DNA of 64,000 nt from Marsupella aquatica. Lineage: Eukaryota; Plantae; Marchantiophyta. Below the pieces are notes generated by a model. That model made no database searches and was not told where the DNA came from. It worked only from the letters and a program-made list of their open reading frames with translations. The position numbers and the translations under genes are program-made. The stretch is from positions 28,649,145-28,713,144 of the forward strand of contig OZ316891.1 of assembly GCA_973895155.1 (NCBI GenBank), given 5' to 3'. Each line of letters opens with the position of its first letter. The stretch's first letter is position 1. Below are positions 23,647 to 35,454 of this stretch, piece after piece.

Positions 23647-26600
23647 ACGCCCCAACATAATTGGGAATGTTGATGGAGTGGAAGGTCTCAGAATCATATA
23701 ATCCAAAGGAAATTCCTTTCCCCCAATGACTGTTGGTATCTTCTCCAATATCCCTATTGGGGTTACTCTTGTCTGATCTGCCATCCTCAAAATGCGAGGG
23801 GTGGGTTTGAAGGACATATATCCTAGATCAAATGCTGTCTGTTCTGTCATGATGTTGACACTGGATCCTCCATCCACCGATACTCGATTTAAAATACATC
23901 CATCAATTTGAATCTCAATTTCTGGTGGTCCATGATCTACACATTCAATCTTCCATAATCCATCAATCTCCACCTCAGGCAATTTGTAAGGTCTCTTCCG
24001 AGAAGCCACGAGGGTTCTCATTTGCTTCCGGAATTGTGCATTGGTTTGTAATAATTCTCCAATAGTGATGTTGGCTTTGAGGTTACTTACATCATCCACA
24101 ATATCATAACCTCCCTGTCTTCCGTCAATCTTTAATTTCATAGGATTCATTTTGAATGTTACCTTCTTCTCAGGCTCTTTCGCATTCAAATTCTCAGGCT
24201 CTGTCCCCTTATTTCGCCCCTTATTCATTTCGCTTGCAATGATCTCTTTCACTTCCTTGGATATATCAGGCAAGAAATATTTTGGGTCATTCCGGTCAAA
24301 CAGGCTCGTCTCATCCACCTTAGTTTCTCTTTTGGTTTCCTAGGTCCTGTCTGGCTCCTTCCTCTGTTTCTTCTTTTCCGAGTGAGTGGTCATTTCCTCT
24401 TTCCAAGACTGAGACCGAGTTGCCGCAAACACATTCAAAATCCTGTCACGATTTCTAACCTGGGTATTGGGTTGATCATGTTCTTCCTTCTTAATCAAAT
24501 TTTTGTGGTAAGTGTCAAAAGTAACTCCAGACAAGGCACCCAACTGAATAACTGGATGTTTTTCCTCTGCCACACACCTTACATCCTCATGTACCTCCGT
24601 TCTCACCAATCTACATTGGTCAATCTCCTCCTCCTCATAAAAAACCATTCGTACTGCTGGTTCCGGTTGGGGGGTCTCTTTAACCGGGTCCTTCACATAT
24701 CTAACAAGCATCTTGGGCCTCTTTGGCTCGGGGCACTCTACAGGTAGATGGCCTCCCTTCCCACAATTTCTGCATAAGGGTTCATAACCTAAATCCCTCT
24801 TAGGCCACAGACAAGATGGAGAAAAGTGGTCTTTGGCACCACAATTCCAACAAACACCTCTGGTCAACTGGGTAACCTCCAGGAGGAGCCATAGGCGGTT
24901 TATATGTTGGTCTATTAGTGCTGGGGTGCGAGACTGGAGTTGTCGGTGGAAAATATTGGACTGGCCCTGCACCACTAGTCCCTGGTCCGGATTGCACCTG
25001 ATAAATATTATCAGGGTAATACATAGGGTATGCAGGGTCTTCTCCTTCCTCATATTCCCCATTGGTTACATAACTTACTGACTTCAGAAAAGGACACTCT
25101 TGTGGATAATGACCCATCTTCCGACATACTGTGCACCACACATTTGATCTCTGGGGGGTGGGTTGTCGTCTAGGCGGTCTGGCTGAAGCAACATGCACAA
25201 AAAGGTTCTTCATTTCCTTGGTGAGACTCGCTATTTGATCTGCCACTTTCCCATCTTTCTTTTTAACAATAACAACTTTCTTTTTCTTCGTCCTATTTTT
25301 ACTCTTTTCGTCGTCCGTTGAGGATTCTGAATCACTTGAGGAGGTAGAGGAAGATGAGGTACTGCTCTTAGTTGTGGTAGAACTCCCAGAAGAAGATGAA
25401 GACGAGAAGTCACGGTCTTTCTTAGCTTTCCTCTTATTTTTCTTCTTTTTCTTCTTACTGTCCTTCCTTAATTCTTTTAACAAATTCTTCCTTTGAGAAA
25501 GCTCGGAGTCAATATATGCTTGGGCAACTTCATAGGCCTCCTCTAGTGTTGTAGGATTATGTTGTCTAACAAATGCATTTAACTTTGTATAAAGTCCCTG
25601 GATGAACCATTCTTTGGTCATGTTGGCTGGTGGTGCGGGTGCAACTTTCTTAGCCAACTTGGTGACTTTCTGTAGATATGTTCGTAAAGATTCACCTCTT
25701 TTCATTGTTACAAAGCTGAGTCGAGTGAACGAGCTTGATGTAGCTCCCTCCTCACGGAAAACCTTAAGAAATTCTGTCTTAACGTTTGGCCAATTGGCCT
25801 TGTCCGCAAGTCCAGAGTGCCAAGTTCTTGCCTCTCCTTTCATCAAACCTCCAAATATTTTGGCTTTAAGATCCGGTGCATCATCCCCATTGGAGGTTGC
25901 CACTGCTTCAAAGTCATCCATCCAAGTTTCTGCATCCTCCTTCCTGCCACGAAAATTCTGGTACCATACTCTCGAACGACTAGCCATACTTGCTGTTTGA
26001 ATCTTATTAAAAGTAGGTGGGGTAATGGGCGGAACAGGTATTATTGTAGGTGATGTTGACAAGGAATTATTGGGCACCACAAGTTTTTGATTGGGTGAGT
26101 TATCTGATTCGGAAGTGTTCTGACTGCTGGACTCCCCTCCTGTATCAGTCGTGGTATTCCTGTATACCTCTCCTTGCCGGTCAAAACCCTCTTCCCTTAA
26201 TTGTTCTGGCGAGTCAAAGAATTCCTCAGGTGTAGTGTGAGCCAGGGTGGTTTCCAAAGTTGGCTCCCATGGGCTAACTTTAGAGGGCTGAGGTGACAAT
26301 ACGTGATCTTCACTCAATACTTCTGGCTCTCGGCCTTCATTTGGGCTTTGTTCTGAAATTTCTGATTCCCTTGTTTCAGCAACAACCGAAATTATTTCAT
26401 GTTCCACAACCTTTTTCACATTAGAAATACCATAAGCTGTAAACCCAGGTGACCCTGTGGTTATGTCTCCGTCTAGGCTAGTGGATCTCCTTAATGTGTT
26501 ACCTCACGGCTTTCGTGCTTTTCTAGGAATTATCTCCTTAGGTCCCGAGCGCAAGTTAACAAACAATGGTCTGCTAGCAGACGACTTTTCCAATGTGCCA

Positions 26601-27950
26601 CTTCCCTCCTGTTGCTGTAAGATTGACACCCGATTTGTGACGTTCCCAGGAGCTGGAAATTCTGGTGAGTGGAATTCGTTAATCAATTCTGGAGACTCTA
26701 ATGGTTTGTCAGGAAATCCTTCCCTCTTCTTCCAAATGTGTTTATTCTTATCAGTCATTCCTCATGATGGTTCCAAAGATTAGATTGGGAAATGGTATTC
26801 CTTGATCATGTAACTCGTTGTCCCTTCAGAACCCCTACAGGTACGTCCTTTGAGGGCCTTAGTGCCTTTAAAAGTCACAACGATTCCCCTGATACGACAC
26901 GGGTAGATGCAACGGGTTCCATCGTTTTGTTAGGAATTGGCCGGTTCAGACGGGTGTCCTTCTTTATTTCCGGTTCAGCCGGTTGGTTATGTATCCCTCC
27001 TGAATCCGGTTCAACCGGATTTTTACCGGCCTCGACCTCTATTCCTTCTTAGTGAAGCCCTGCTTAATTCTGGGATGGATATTACCATGTAATGTTCCCC
27101 TGTAATTCTTCCATTAAGTCTTAGGACCACCAAATGAAGATCAGCACCTTCCCACCATGTAATGGAAATTATGTGTATTCCTTGTCTCCCTCGTCTAATT
27201 AGAGTCCTGGTCTGGTTTGAAGCATTCCGCCCTGTTTTAAGATTGAGGCTCTTCCAGAGTTACAACTGCTCTTAATGGTGTGTGTTTGGGTTTCCCTTGA
27301 TAGGATTTGAGCACGTTCTCTTTTCCCAGGTCTATGTTGTCTCACCATTGGTGAAGCTTCCTGAATCCTTCAAATTGACTGGCTCTAATTTCATGCTCCG
27401 TCCTTCCTTGATCCTTCTCCTTGTACATGATTGACCATTCTAATTAATCTCCTATGTATTCTCCTTTCCGAGCCTTCTTCCAACAATGTCCAATCTTCCA
27501 AATTTGTAATAAGAGTCGGCAGAATTGCCCTTGGTGCATTAACCATGGAGAATGGTATCGTCCCAAATGCAAAAGCTTGTCCAAAGTTGAGTGTTTGAGG
27601 GGGAGTAGTACCATCAATACTTCCTTGATTAAATGCCGATTGGAATGAGTTAAGAGGATCCATAATCAACAAACCTTCAATCTCACTGATGTTGAAATGT
27701 TAATCCCCACTCCTATAATCTTCCTCTCCAGCAAATGCCTTATGCATCCCTGAAGGGGGTTGAGAGATCATGGAGGGTTGGGCATAACACCCCTTCATAT
27801 CTCAAGAAGGTCATTCTTTTGGCACCTTTTGCCTTTCTTCCTAGAATCAGAGAAGACTTGGGTTAGGTGATGATTTCCTCACAAGAGTTTCTTGCAAGAA
27901 TTCCTCTCCCACGTCAAGGTCCATTCTTCTCCTTCTGGCATTAACGTCCA
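23647..27950 (-). pseudogene. gag-pol: Gag-protease of element B, degenerate
   Basis: ORFs 24800-26419 (WMDDFE..GEARTW, CTVCRKMGHYPQEC), 24340-25062 (two knuckles) and 23635-24318 (protease). The 5' limit is approximate. Confidence 0.85.
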
Positions 27951-27983
27951 TTTCTTCTCTAAATCTTTCGGGTCTCAGGTCAC

Positions 27984-28001
27984 TCCCCGGCAGCGGCGCC
28001 A
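27984..28001 (-). promoter_or_regulatory. Primer-binding site of element B (tRNA-Asp, Athila type)
   Basis: TGGCGCCGCTGCCGGGGA, 3 nt after the LTR terminal CA at 28005. Confidence 0.9.
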
Positions 28002-28882
28002 AACTGTAGAGTAGGGTTTAGAGTAAGAATAACTATTCTTCTCTTTAATAGCCTAGATTCATTCCCGTTAAGAGCTATTGAGACCTAAAAGATTGTAATA
28101 TGATACTTTGAGTACTTTTGAGTAACATACTCAGGTTACAAGCCTTTTTAACATGCTCAGGTTTATGGAAGGAATTTTATGATACTTCCATGAAAGGTAT
28201 GACGTTTGTATCGTCCATAGTGCAATCAAAAGGGGTAAAAAGTGTTAAATAAAACCAAAAGCCAGCGGCGTGAAAACTGATAGAAGGCGAGTTATAGATG
28301 GAAATACACCTTATCACTACATAGTAACTCATGACCAGCGGTAGTACATTAAGAATCATCGGTGTAAAAACTCATATAAAACTGACGCCTACATATCCTC
28401 TTCAAACCAGCCATCTTTAGAAAATTATAAAAGATTAGCATAAGGTAGCCCGTATTGATTTTCTGACCTATGTCAAAGCAAGGTGGTACTAATCACTCCA
28501 AACCAACTTATTCTTTTATTCAATCCATCAGATTGTTCTTTTGGATCTATGCAATTTGTGGAATTCTAGTGGTGAATTTGTATCAGCTCCTTATTGAATA
28601 CAAGAGCTCTATAGTCAACACGAATCAATAGGCTTTTGCATGATCTCAAGCATGCGTTTCCAGTCAGCCTACGGGTCAACCAAGCATTACTAGTCACATC
28701 AAACAGCTTTTTCTAGTAAGGGATAATCACACACTAAGATTGAATCACAAACCATAGATTACCAAAAATTACTAAAATAGACTTCTCATTGATTAATTAC
28801 TTCAAAGAGAAGGAGACTTAAAGTTGAAAGCTAATTTCATGAAAGTCATATTAAGTCTGAGGTTCAAGGAAGAATCTCTCCC

Positions 28883-28892
28883 TTATATATAA
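28883..28892 (-). promoter_or_regulatory. Candidate TATA box of the family-2 LTR
   Basis: TTATATATAA, 230 nt downstream of the LTR ORF stop and about 880 nt before the LTR end. Confidence 0.55.
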
Positions 28893-29123
28893 GAGAGATC
28901 CGCTTGAAAAACTACATGAAAAGACATGCCTTTTCATTATGTAAAAACTAATAAGGTTAACTAGATAAAACTAACTATACTAGGTGAAAGGGGAGAGCAT
29001 ATCACTTCCTTCCTTTCCTACAAAACATGGAAAATGGTCGGAACAAAGGCGAAAATAAAATTTCCGGTTCAACCTCCTTTTGAAAATCAGAAGCCGGTTG
29101 AACCTGTTTTTACAGAATCCGGT

Positions 29124-30845
29124 TCATCCGTCTTGGTGTTTAACTATGGCTTCAGGAATTTCTGGCTCTTCAGGAATCTTTGGAGTGATATTGGGAGTAG
29201 GTGCTTGACTTTGGAGGGGTTCTATAACATAGGTTACTCCTGTGGAGGTAGTAACAATGTTGCCAGGGGCAACCGGGTTGGTAGGATACTTGCTCATGAG
29301 GGAAGTCCAATCGAAAGGTCCGGGAGTGGTGGTAGGAATGGTCCCTGAGGAAGAGGTGAAATCAGGAGCAGTAGTATCAAGAGTGGTAGGTTCTCCTGAT
29401 AGAGGGGATGGAGAATACTGAACTGGTGTCTCCCCATCATCCTTAGCCCAGATCTGGTGTAACTCATTCATTTGGCCCAAAATCTCCTTCATTGCATTCA
29501 GGCAGTCCTCAAGTTTATCTCCATGGTCTTGAGAGATACGAATGACAGTAGCAAGGCAAGTAGGATTGGGTACTTTTACAAAGTACTCTCGAAAGAGTTC
29601 TGTCTGGACCAAATCTCTACCTCTGGTGTTCAGGAAAGGGTCCAAACGATCCACTAAATCTTCCAGACTCTCAATGGCTTCTTCCTCCTTCTTACTCCTC
29701 TGTCTTCTCTCCTTCAGCTGGTTTTCACAATCTGATTCTCTAACAAACTTCTCCTTGAGGTCCTTTTCCATTCTCTCCACCTTCTCCTTGTTGCCAGCAG
29801 TCTGTATTACATGCTCAAAGTTTGCTACTAATTCTGAGACTGGAACACCTGCTACTCGAGCCATCTTGGCCAGGTTCTGTTCCATGATACCCATCTTCAC
29901 TTGTATTGCCTCCATCTCTCGCTGGATGACTGAGAAATGATTCTGAGAGGATTCTGAGAGCGAACCGGAAGTAGGAATACAGGTGCTGGCCGGTTGAACC
30001 GGATTCCCTCCTAAAGTTAACTTACGGTGCTTGGGAGGTTCAACAACTTGTACCTCTGCTTCCTCTTCGTCCTCTTCTGTGTCCTCTACCTTAACAATCT
30101 CTGGATCTGGGACTCCATAAAGGACATAACTGTTCTTTGTCCCCAAAAGATTCTTCTCCTGTTTGAACAGGACTCCTGCTTGGGCATACAAATGAATCAC
30201 GTAGGAAGACAAGGGGGTGGCCGATTTCCCATTGAGATTAGTTGCCAGCTTTTGTATCACATTATACAGGATGGTAGCCCAAGAAATAGTCTTCCCCTTG
30301 TAGAGGGCAGCAATGATAGTGCTCCCTACTCTCTGGATGACTCATTTTGGTTTCTCTGGGTATAACTGGGGAACCAGGAAAGCCAATACCCTTCTCAAGT
30401 CTCCATCTATGCACTGATTAACACTCCATCCTTCTTTCTCGTCCATCTTTCCTACAAAGTAATCTATGGTGAGGTTCTCTCCTCGGGGAAGTAGACTAGA
30501 GCCATCTGTACGCACTTGGTAAGCTTTGCCAATAGCCTCTTTGGTCCAAAGCTTAGGTTGGGCTCTGATGGTATTAGAAAACTCACTTGGGGCTTCTCCA
30601 GTGAGTATCTCTCGGATAACATCTTCACTCTGCCATGCCCAGGTCATCAGAAGTAGGTTGTGGCATCCCATCCTCTCTAGATCAATCCGCAACCTCTCCT
30701 TCTCTTCTGGTCCGGTTGGTAGTACAGGTCTTAGAGGCTTCAAAGCAATAGGTAAATCCTTCCTCTTAGACCGTCGAACCTCGCTCTTGACAGGGGTAGT
30801 GTCCGCCTTCGCCTTCTCAGCAGATTGGGGTCTCTGGTTCCTCAT
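29124..30845 (-). pseudogene. LTR-encoded protein, family 2 (~573 aa, one in-frame TGA)
   Basis: ORFs 30342-30845 and 29124-30260 are in the same frame. Homologous to 57898-59640 (LRP, RMGC, WQSED.IREI, DLRRV..FL.P.LYPEKP, TPLS.Y..HLY). Confidence 0.85.
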
Positions 30846-31222
30846 GGTGGCTCAACCGGTTCTCGTTAAGGTGAAATCCGGTTCAGAGCGGAAGCCGGTT
30901 CAACCTGTTTTGGTCTCAGATTCGGCTACAGGCTGATCCAAGACTTATGGTTTAGTGGTTAAGCCGCTCCTTGCATTGAGATCCTCCGGTGGAATGGACC
31001 GGACTTAGATCATTAGGGAAACCGGTTCCACGGGTTGGGGAGGTTAAAACGGCTTTCTTCTGTCGAACCGGCCATCTCAACCAAGCAACTTTTCCGGTTA
31101 GCACCTTAAAGTGCTCATAGGAGGCTAACAGGTCTAAAAGGTCATAAGAGTTAGTATTTCCAAGGGTTAAAATTTTAAAATTCCCCTTATTTCTTCTTTT
31201 ACCAAATAAACATCATCTCACA

Positions 31223-31846
31223 GTTGGACCTATGGTGGGGATCATGCACAGAGATGTTGCCCAGATCATAGAGGATCAGGGGGAGCATCAGCGACACTGT
31301 GATCACTGTGGAGCTCCTGGACACACCAAGGATAGGTGTTTCTCACTCCATCCTGAGTTACGGAGAGGAGGATCCCATACACATGATCAGGGAAGAGGAG
31401 GAGGAGGTAGAGGTGGTGGACGTGGTCGTGGCATGCCACATGCAAGGAGACAGGGAGGTGACACTGCCCCTACTGTAACCATAGATCCAAAGGATGCTAA
31501 GATTGCTCAATTGCAGCAACAACTAGCTGCCATGGCTAGTTCCGAGATGAGACCTACTTCTGGTGATGGGGCATCTACATCCTATGGACCTTCCACATCC
31601 CATGGTCTTTCCATAGCTTATGGAGCTGATGGAGACCTTGCCACCATGGGATTCATGTGTGGCACTGCACATATTGATGCATCAGCAGCTTTGACATGTG
31701 GGGCAGCCAAAGCTCTTGAGCCCCGAGGAGCAGTAGTGGAGTTAGATCCACAGACTGAGGGGGGATGCACGTCGGCAGACAAAGCTTCCTCAGTCTTTTA
31801 CATTGTCAGAGATAGTTCAGACTGCCTCTATGAACCCGATTGGGAC
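31223..31846 (+). pseudogene. Gag fragment of the oldest (host) gypsy element
   Basis: CDHCGAPGHTKDRC zinc knuckle and RGG tract; resumes at 50421 after the GGGAC TSD. Confidence 0.75.
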
Positions 31847-32682
31847 TGTGGTGCGTCCCATGGCTCCCTAAACCCAAGAAACCCCCCAGCTCAAGCCGAT
31901 TCCCGCAGGTTTCGCGCTTGGCGAGGCCGTTTCCGCGGCTTAGCGGCATGGGACGCTGCTAACCTTCTACTACTACTATTAACATTTTACACACATATAC
32001 TGGACAGATCCTTCATCGGGTCATGAGATACGTAGCCGGCCTAATCTAGGCCTTCCCCTGTCTTCCCCTCCGTCTTGTTAGGTATGTTTGGATTCCGCCG
32101 CCGGAATGATCCCCAATAGGCTTGGTTAAGCCGCTAAGACCTCTCTCAGCTCGACACATCCAACTCTCACTCCCCTGCTTACTTTCCTTCCTTCTGGTAG
32201 ATGTGGGCACTCTTCACACAAGTTAATGCGACACACAATTAGCAAAATGACTCATTCTGACTGAGTCATACCATGCACTTGCCATACAAACAGTACATCT
32301 CATACACAAGTTCTGCGAACTAAGCCGTGAGGCCAACTCTATTAAGCTCTTAGGCATGAGGAAACATGAATATACACAAGGGTCACTGTATGACTAACCG
32401 AGAGCTTCTCGTACTACTTGATCCCAGCCCGGCTGGTGCAAACTAAAAACTTGCTAAAGAAGAGGCCCTGAGCTCCCCGCTGCCCAGGTACTTATCCTGG
32501 TAGTGGATCCGCCATTCTTTGCATCGTAAGCCTAATCTACTTAACAGTAATCTACTTGCCCGAATCTACCTATGTACAACAAGGCAGGAGCACAAGTGTT
32601 GCTCCTACCAGTGGGACCGCAATCCCACTAAGCTAAGTGTCAGGGCAGCTCCTGGTCCTGACCCTAATCCTAAACTTGGAGA

Positions 32683-34704
32683 TCAGCACCCGCCCTGCCC
32701 ACTCACGCCTCCTCCCTCCACGTCCGCCCTCCCTAAAAGGAACGGCGCCCTTGCACCGTCACGACACCGGTGGTGGATCCTTAATGGACACCCCAACGCT
32801 TCCTCCTCAGCCACTGCCGTAGGCTCATTCTCTGACAGATTACCTGTCCTTGACTGAGTCAACTCTCCATCGGCCTGACTGGGTCCACCATCGGCGTCGG
32901 CATCGGCTCGGGAATCGGTTACGGCCTCAGCCTCGGCTATGGTCTCCCCGGCCTGCTCAAGAGGCGGATCTGAAATACCGGCCTCATTACTGAGTAGTTC
33001 GGCTTGGGCCGCACCACCCCCACCTGTGATGATAGCGGGATCTATTGCCATATTCATGCCGGAGGATGGTGCTGGTTCTACCTCCTTGGTCACCACGGCT
33101 TGTGGAGTCGGATTACTCCTTGACCCTGAAGGTTTCCGCTTTTTCTTCTTTTCTGGTTCGGCAGCTGGTCCCTTCCCCTTCCCACTTACTTCCGGCACTG
33201 GTGCAGTTGGCGCGGCTTTTTCTTCGGCCAGTACCACTCCTGGTAACTTGGTTGCCCCAATTGGAGTTGGGCCTGATGAAGACAAGCACTTAAATACTGC
33301 GGCTTGTTTCTTCAGCTGCTCCGTTTGGTTGTCGGCCCGCCGCTGGAGGTTCTCCATCTTCCTCGTGATTTCCTCCAACTCCTCCTGGGTCTCATCCAGG
33401 TCCTTGCGTGCCTCCTCTAGTTCCTTCTGGGCTTCCTCCCGTTCTTGTTTCAAGGTAGTCCTCTCCTCCTGGGTTTCTCTTAGTTCCTTGTCGAGCTCTG
33501 CAATGATGACAGACTCCATCTGGTTCATCTTGGCGTAAGTCTGTTCGAGCATCTCGTCCTTCTCCCTTAGGTCGGCCTTGAAGCTGGCCATCAGGGACGC
33601 AAGCTCCTGCTGCAGCGCCATAATCCCTTGATAGGATTTCCCTAACTCGACCTCCTTCTGCTCAAGGGCTCCGCGGATTTTCTCGAGCTCCCCCTTCAAC
33701 GCCCATTCCTTTCTTTGGGTCTCCGCCATGGCCCGGCTGTTGGCTATTATGTGGGCCTCCTCTGTATTCTTCAGCTCTTGCTTCCACTTCTCCCTCTCTT
33801 TGATCGTGTCGGCCAACTCTCCCTGCGTCTGAGTCAGTTTATCCTTGATATTCTGATTATCAGCCTGCGCGGTGTCCAATTGCCCCTGCATGATGTTCAG
33901 CTCATGTCGTTTAATCCGCAATTCATCTTGGGCTTTCTTGGCCGCCCTTAGATCTTCAATCTCGGCTTCCATCCTCCTAAGCCGCCGAATGACCTCGTCC
34001 TTCTTGCTTCTCTCTAAAGCCACCGCTTCTTCTAATTGGTGCTTCTCCAACTGCTCCCTATGGAAAAAGGGTCCTACCTCCAACTCCTCTCCAAAGATGC
34101 CGAGCGCAAGTTCCCCACACATCTCACCATACTCCATGGCTCTATTCTTAGCGTAGGTGGAGTAAGTAGAAGTGATCGGCATCGCCCATCGCGGCCTCTG
34201 CTCCCAAGCCGTCTTGCGGATCTCTTCAATCGTGGCTAGAGGTTTGCTTCCTTTTTTGGCTAGCCGCCTGATGTCCTCCGGCCAATCTCCTCCTGGTAAA
34301 TCCTTTTCCCTAGCCAGGGCTGCCTCCTCTTCCTGCTTGATTCGCTCTTGAAATTCCTGCACCGTCTGTTTTATGCCGTCGAAGCTCGGGGGAGCAACAT
34401 CTGGTGGGGGAGACTCAGGGCTACTCTGCTGGTTGGGGTCCCCTCGCACTACCCTTGGAAGTGTGGGGACAAACCAGCCACAGGTCCTTACTCCTGGGAC
34501 GTGATGGTCCGACCCATAGCCGGAATTATCATGGCTGCAGTCCTCCACTGCCTCCTCTACTTCTTGGCCGTCCGGCTTCTCCCTCTTCTCTTCGTCGGTA
34601 GGAGCTTCAGGCAATTCTGCCTCAGATTTGGAGCTTGAGATTCCCACATACATTCGAACACCTGGCTTGGATTCAGGCCTGATTCTCTCCTTGTCTCCAG
34701 CAAA
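32683..34704 (-). CDS. Family-1 LTR protein in copy 1c, C-terminal part (coiled coil, K-rich NLS-like motif)
   Basis: Open for 673 codons; joins 43948-45110 in frame once CACTA 2 and one TSD are removed. Confidence 0.85.
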   Translation of the reverse strand, partial: FAGDKERIRPESKPGVRMYVGISSSKSEAELPEAPTDEEKREKPDGQEVEEAVEDCSHDNSGYGSDHHVPGVRTCGWFVPTLPRVVRGDPNQQSSPESPPPDVAPPSFDGIKQTVQEFQERIKQEEEAALAREKDLPGGDWPEDIRRLAKKGSKPLATIEEIRKTAWEQRPRWAMPITSTYSTYAKNRAMEYGEMCGELALGIFGEELEVGPFFHREQLEKHQLEEAVALERSKKDEVIRRLRRMEAEIEDLRAAKKAQDELRIKRHELNIMQGQLDTAQADNQNIKDKLTQTQGELADTIKEREKWKQELKNTEEAHIIANSRAMAETQRKEWALKGELEKIRGALEQKEVELGKSYQGIMALQQELASLMASFKADLREKDEMLEQTYAKMNQMESVIIAELDKELRETQEERTTLKQEREEAQKELEEARKDLDETQEELEEITRKMENLQRRADNQTEQLKKQAAVFKCLSSSGPTPIGATKLPGVVLAEEKAAPTAPVPEVSGKGKGPAAEPEKKKKRKPSGSRSNPTPQAVVTKEVEPAPSSGMNMAIDPAIITGGGGAAQAELLSNEAGISDPPLEQAGETIAEAEAVTDSRADADADGGPSQADGELTQSRTGNLSENEPTAVAEEEALGCPLRIHHRCRDGARAPFLLGRADVEGGGVSGQGGC

Positions 34705-35454
34705 CACTAGTAGAAACCGGGGGGTATTTAGACCCCATTAAACGACTATGTAGTACCGTATAGGACTCGGAAACGACTGGGAAGGACTCCAGTCCTTTAT
34801 AGGACTGTGAGTCGTATGTTTTGTTACTATAATCAACTGAGTCCTTTATAGAACTGGTTCACGAGTCGTTTAATAGACTGGATTTTCAGTCTATTGTAGT
34901 CTTTGTTTGGGTAGCTTTGGTGAGTCATTTTCAGTCTTTTAAGGGGTGTGATGGCGAGTTGTTGGGAAGGACTAAACAGGTTATGGAGGGTAGTCTTTAA
35001 GTTTACTTTGTGGGTCTATAAAATGACTAAAGGAGATACTTAGTGGGGTATGTATAAGTCTTTCATGTCAACTCGAAATGAGTGATGAAGACCCCACTAT
35101 ACTACTTGGAATGTGCACAAATAAGACATTCCATTCATGTTTTTTTGTGTACTGTAAATGAACTCACTCTATAAGGTCACAAAGCATGAAACTACCATAC
35201 ACACTAATATTGAAATGATACAAAACAGATTCTAGTATCATCCAATGGTCACCTTACAGCCATAGTTTGACATCAATCACTTGTTTCATACATACACACA
35301 GAATTCAGAAATATATACATGTCACACATAATGATAACAAATCCTTCATCCTCTTTACCAAATGGAAAAATTGGTACAGATATTTCTTGGATCTTTCCAA
35401 GGCAATGTCAAAATGTAACACAATTCACATGGTTCTATCTACACTTGCATTCAG

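Larger units (their letters stand above)
23647..31222 (-). mobile_element. Athila-like gypsy element B, 5' part (LTR, PBS, gag, protease), cut by insertion of element A
   Basis: LTR 31222-28005, tRNA-Asp-type PBS, gag with CCHC knuckles, protease VSVDGGSSVNIM truncated at 23647. Confidence 0.88.
28005..31222 (-). repeat. 5' LTR of element B (family-2 copy 2a, 3218 bp), protein-coding
   Basis: TGTGAGATG...CTCTACA; adjacent PBS; same terminal motifs and ORF as the TSD-flanked solo LTR at 56919-60509. Confidence 0.85.

Noticed and set aside
15630-31227. GTTGG flanks both TG at 15635 and CA at 31222, like a TSD for one 15.6-kb element
   Set aside because: The flanks belong to different, oppositely oriented gag genes, and the sequence at 15635 does not match the family-2 LTR end. 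Treated as coincidence.
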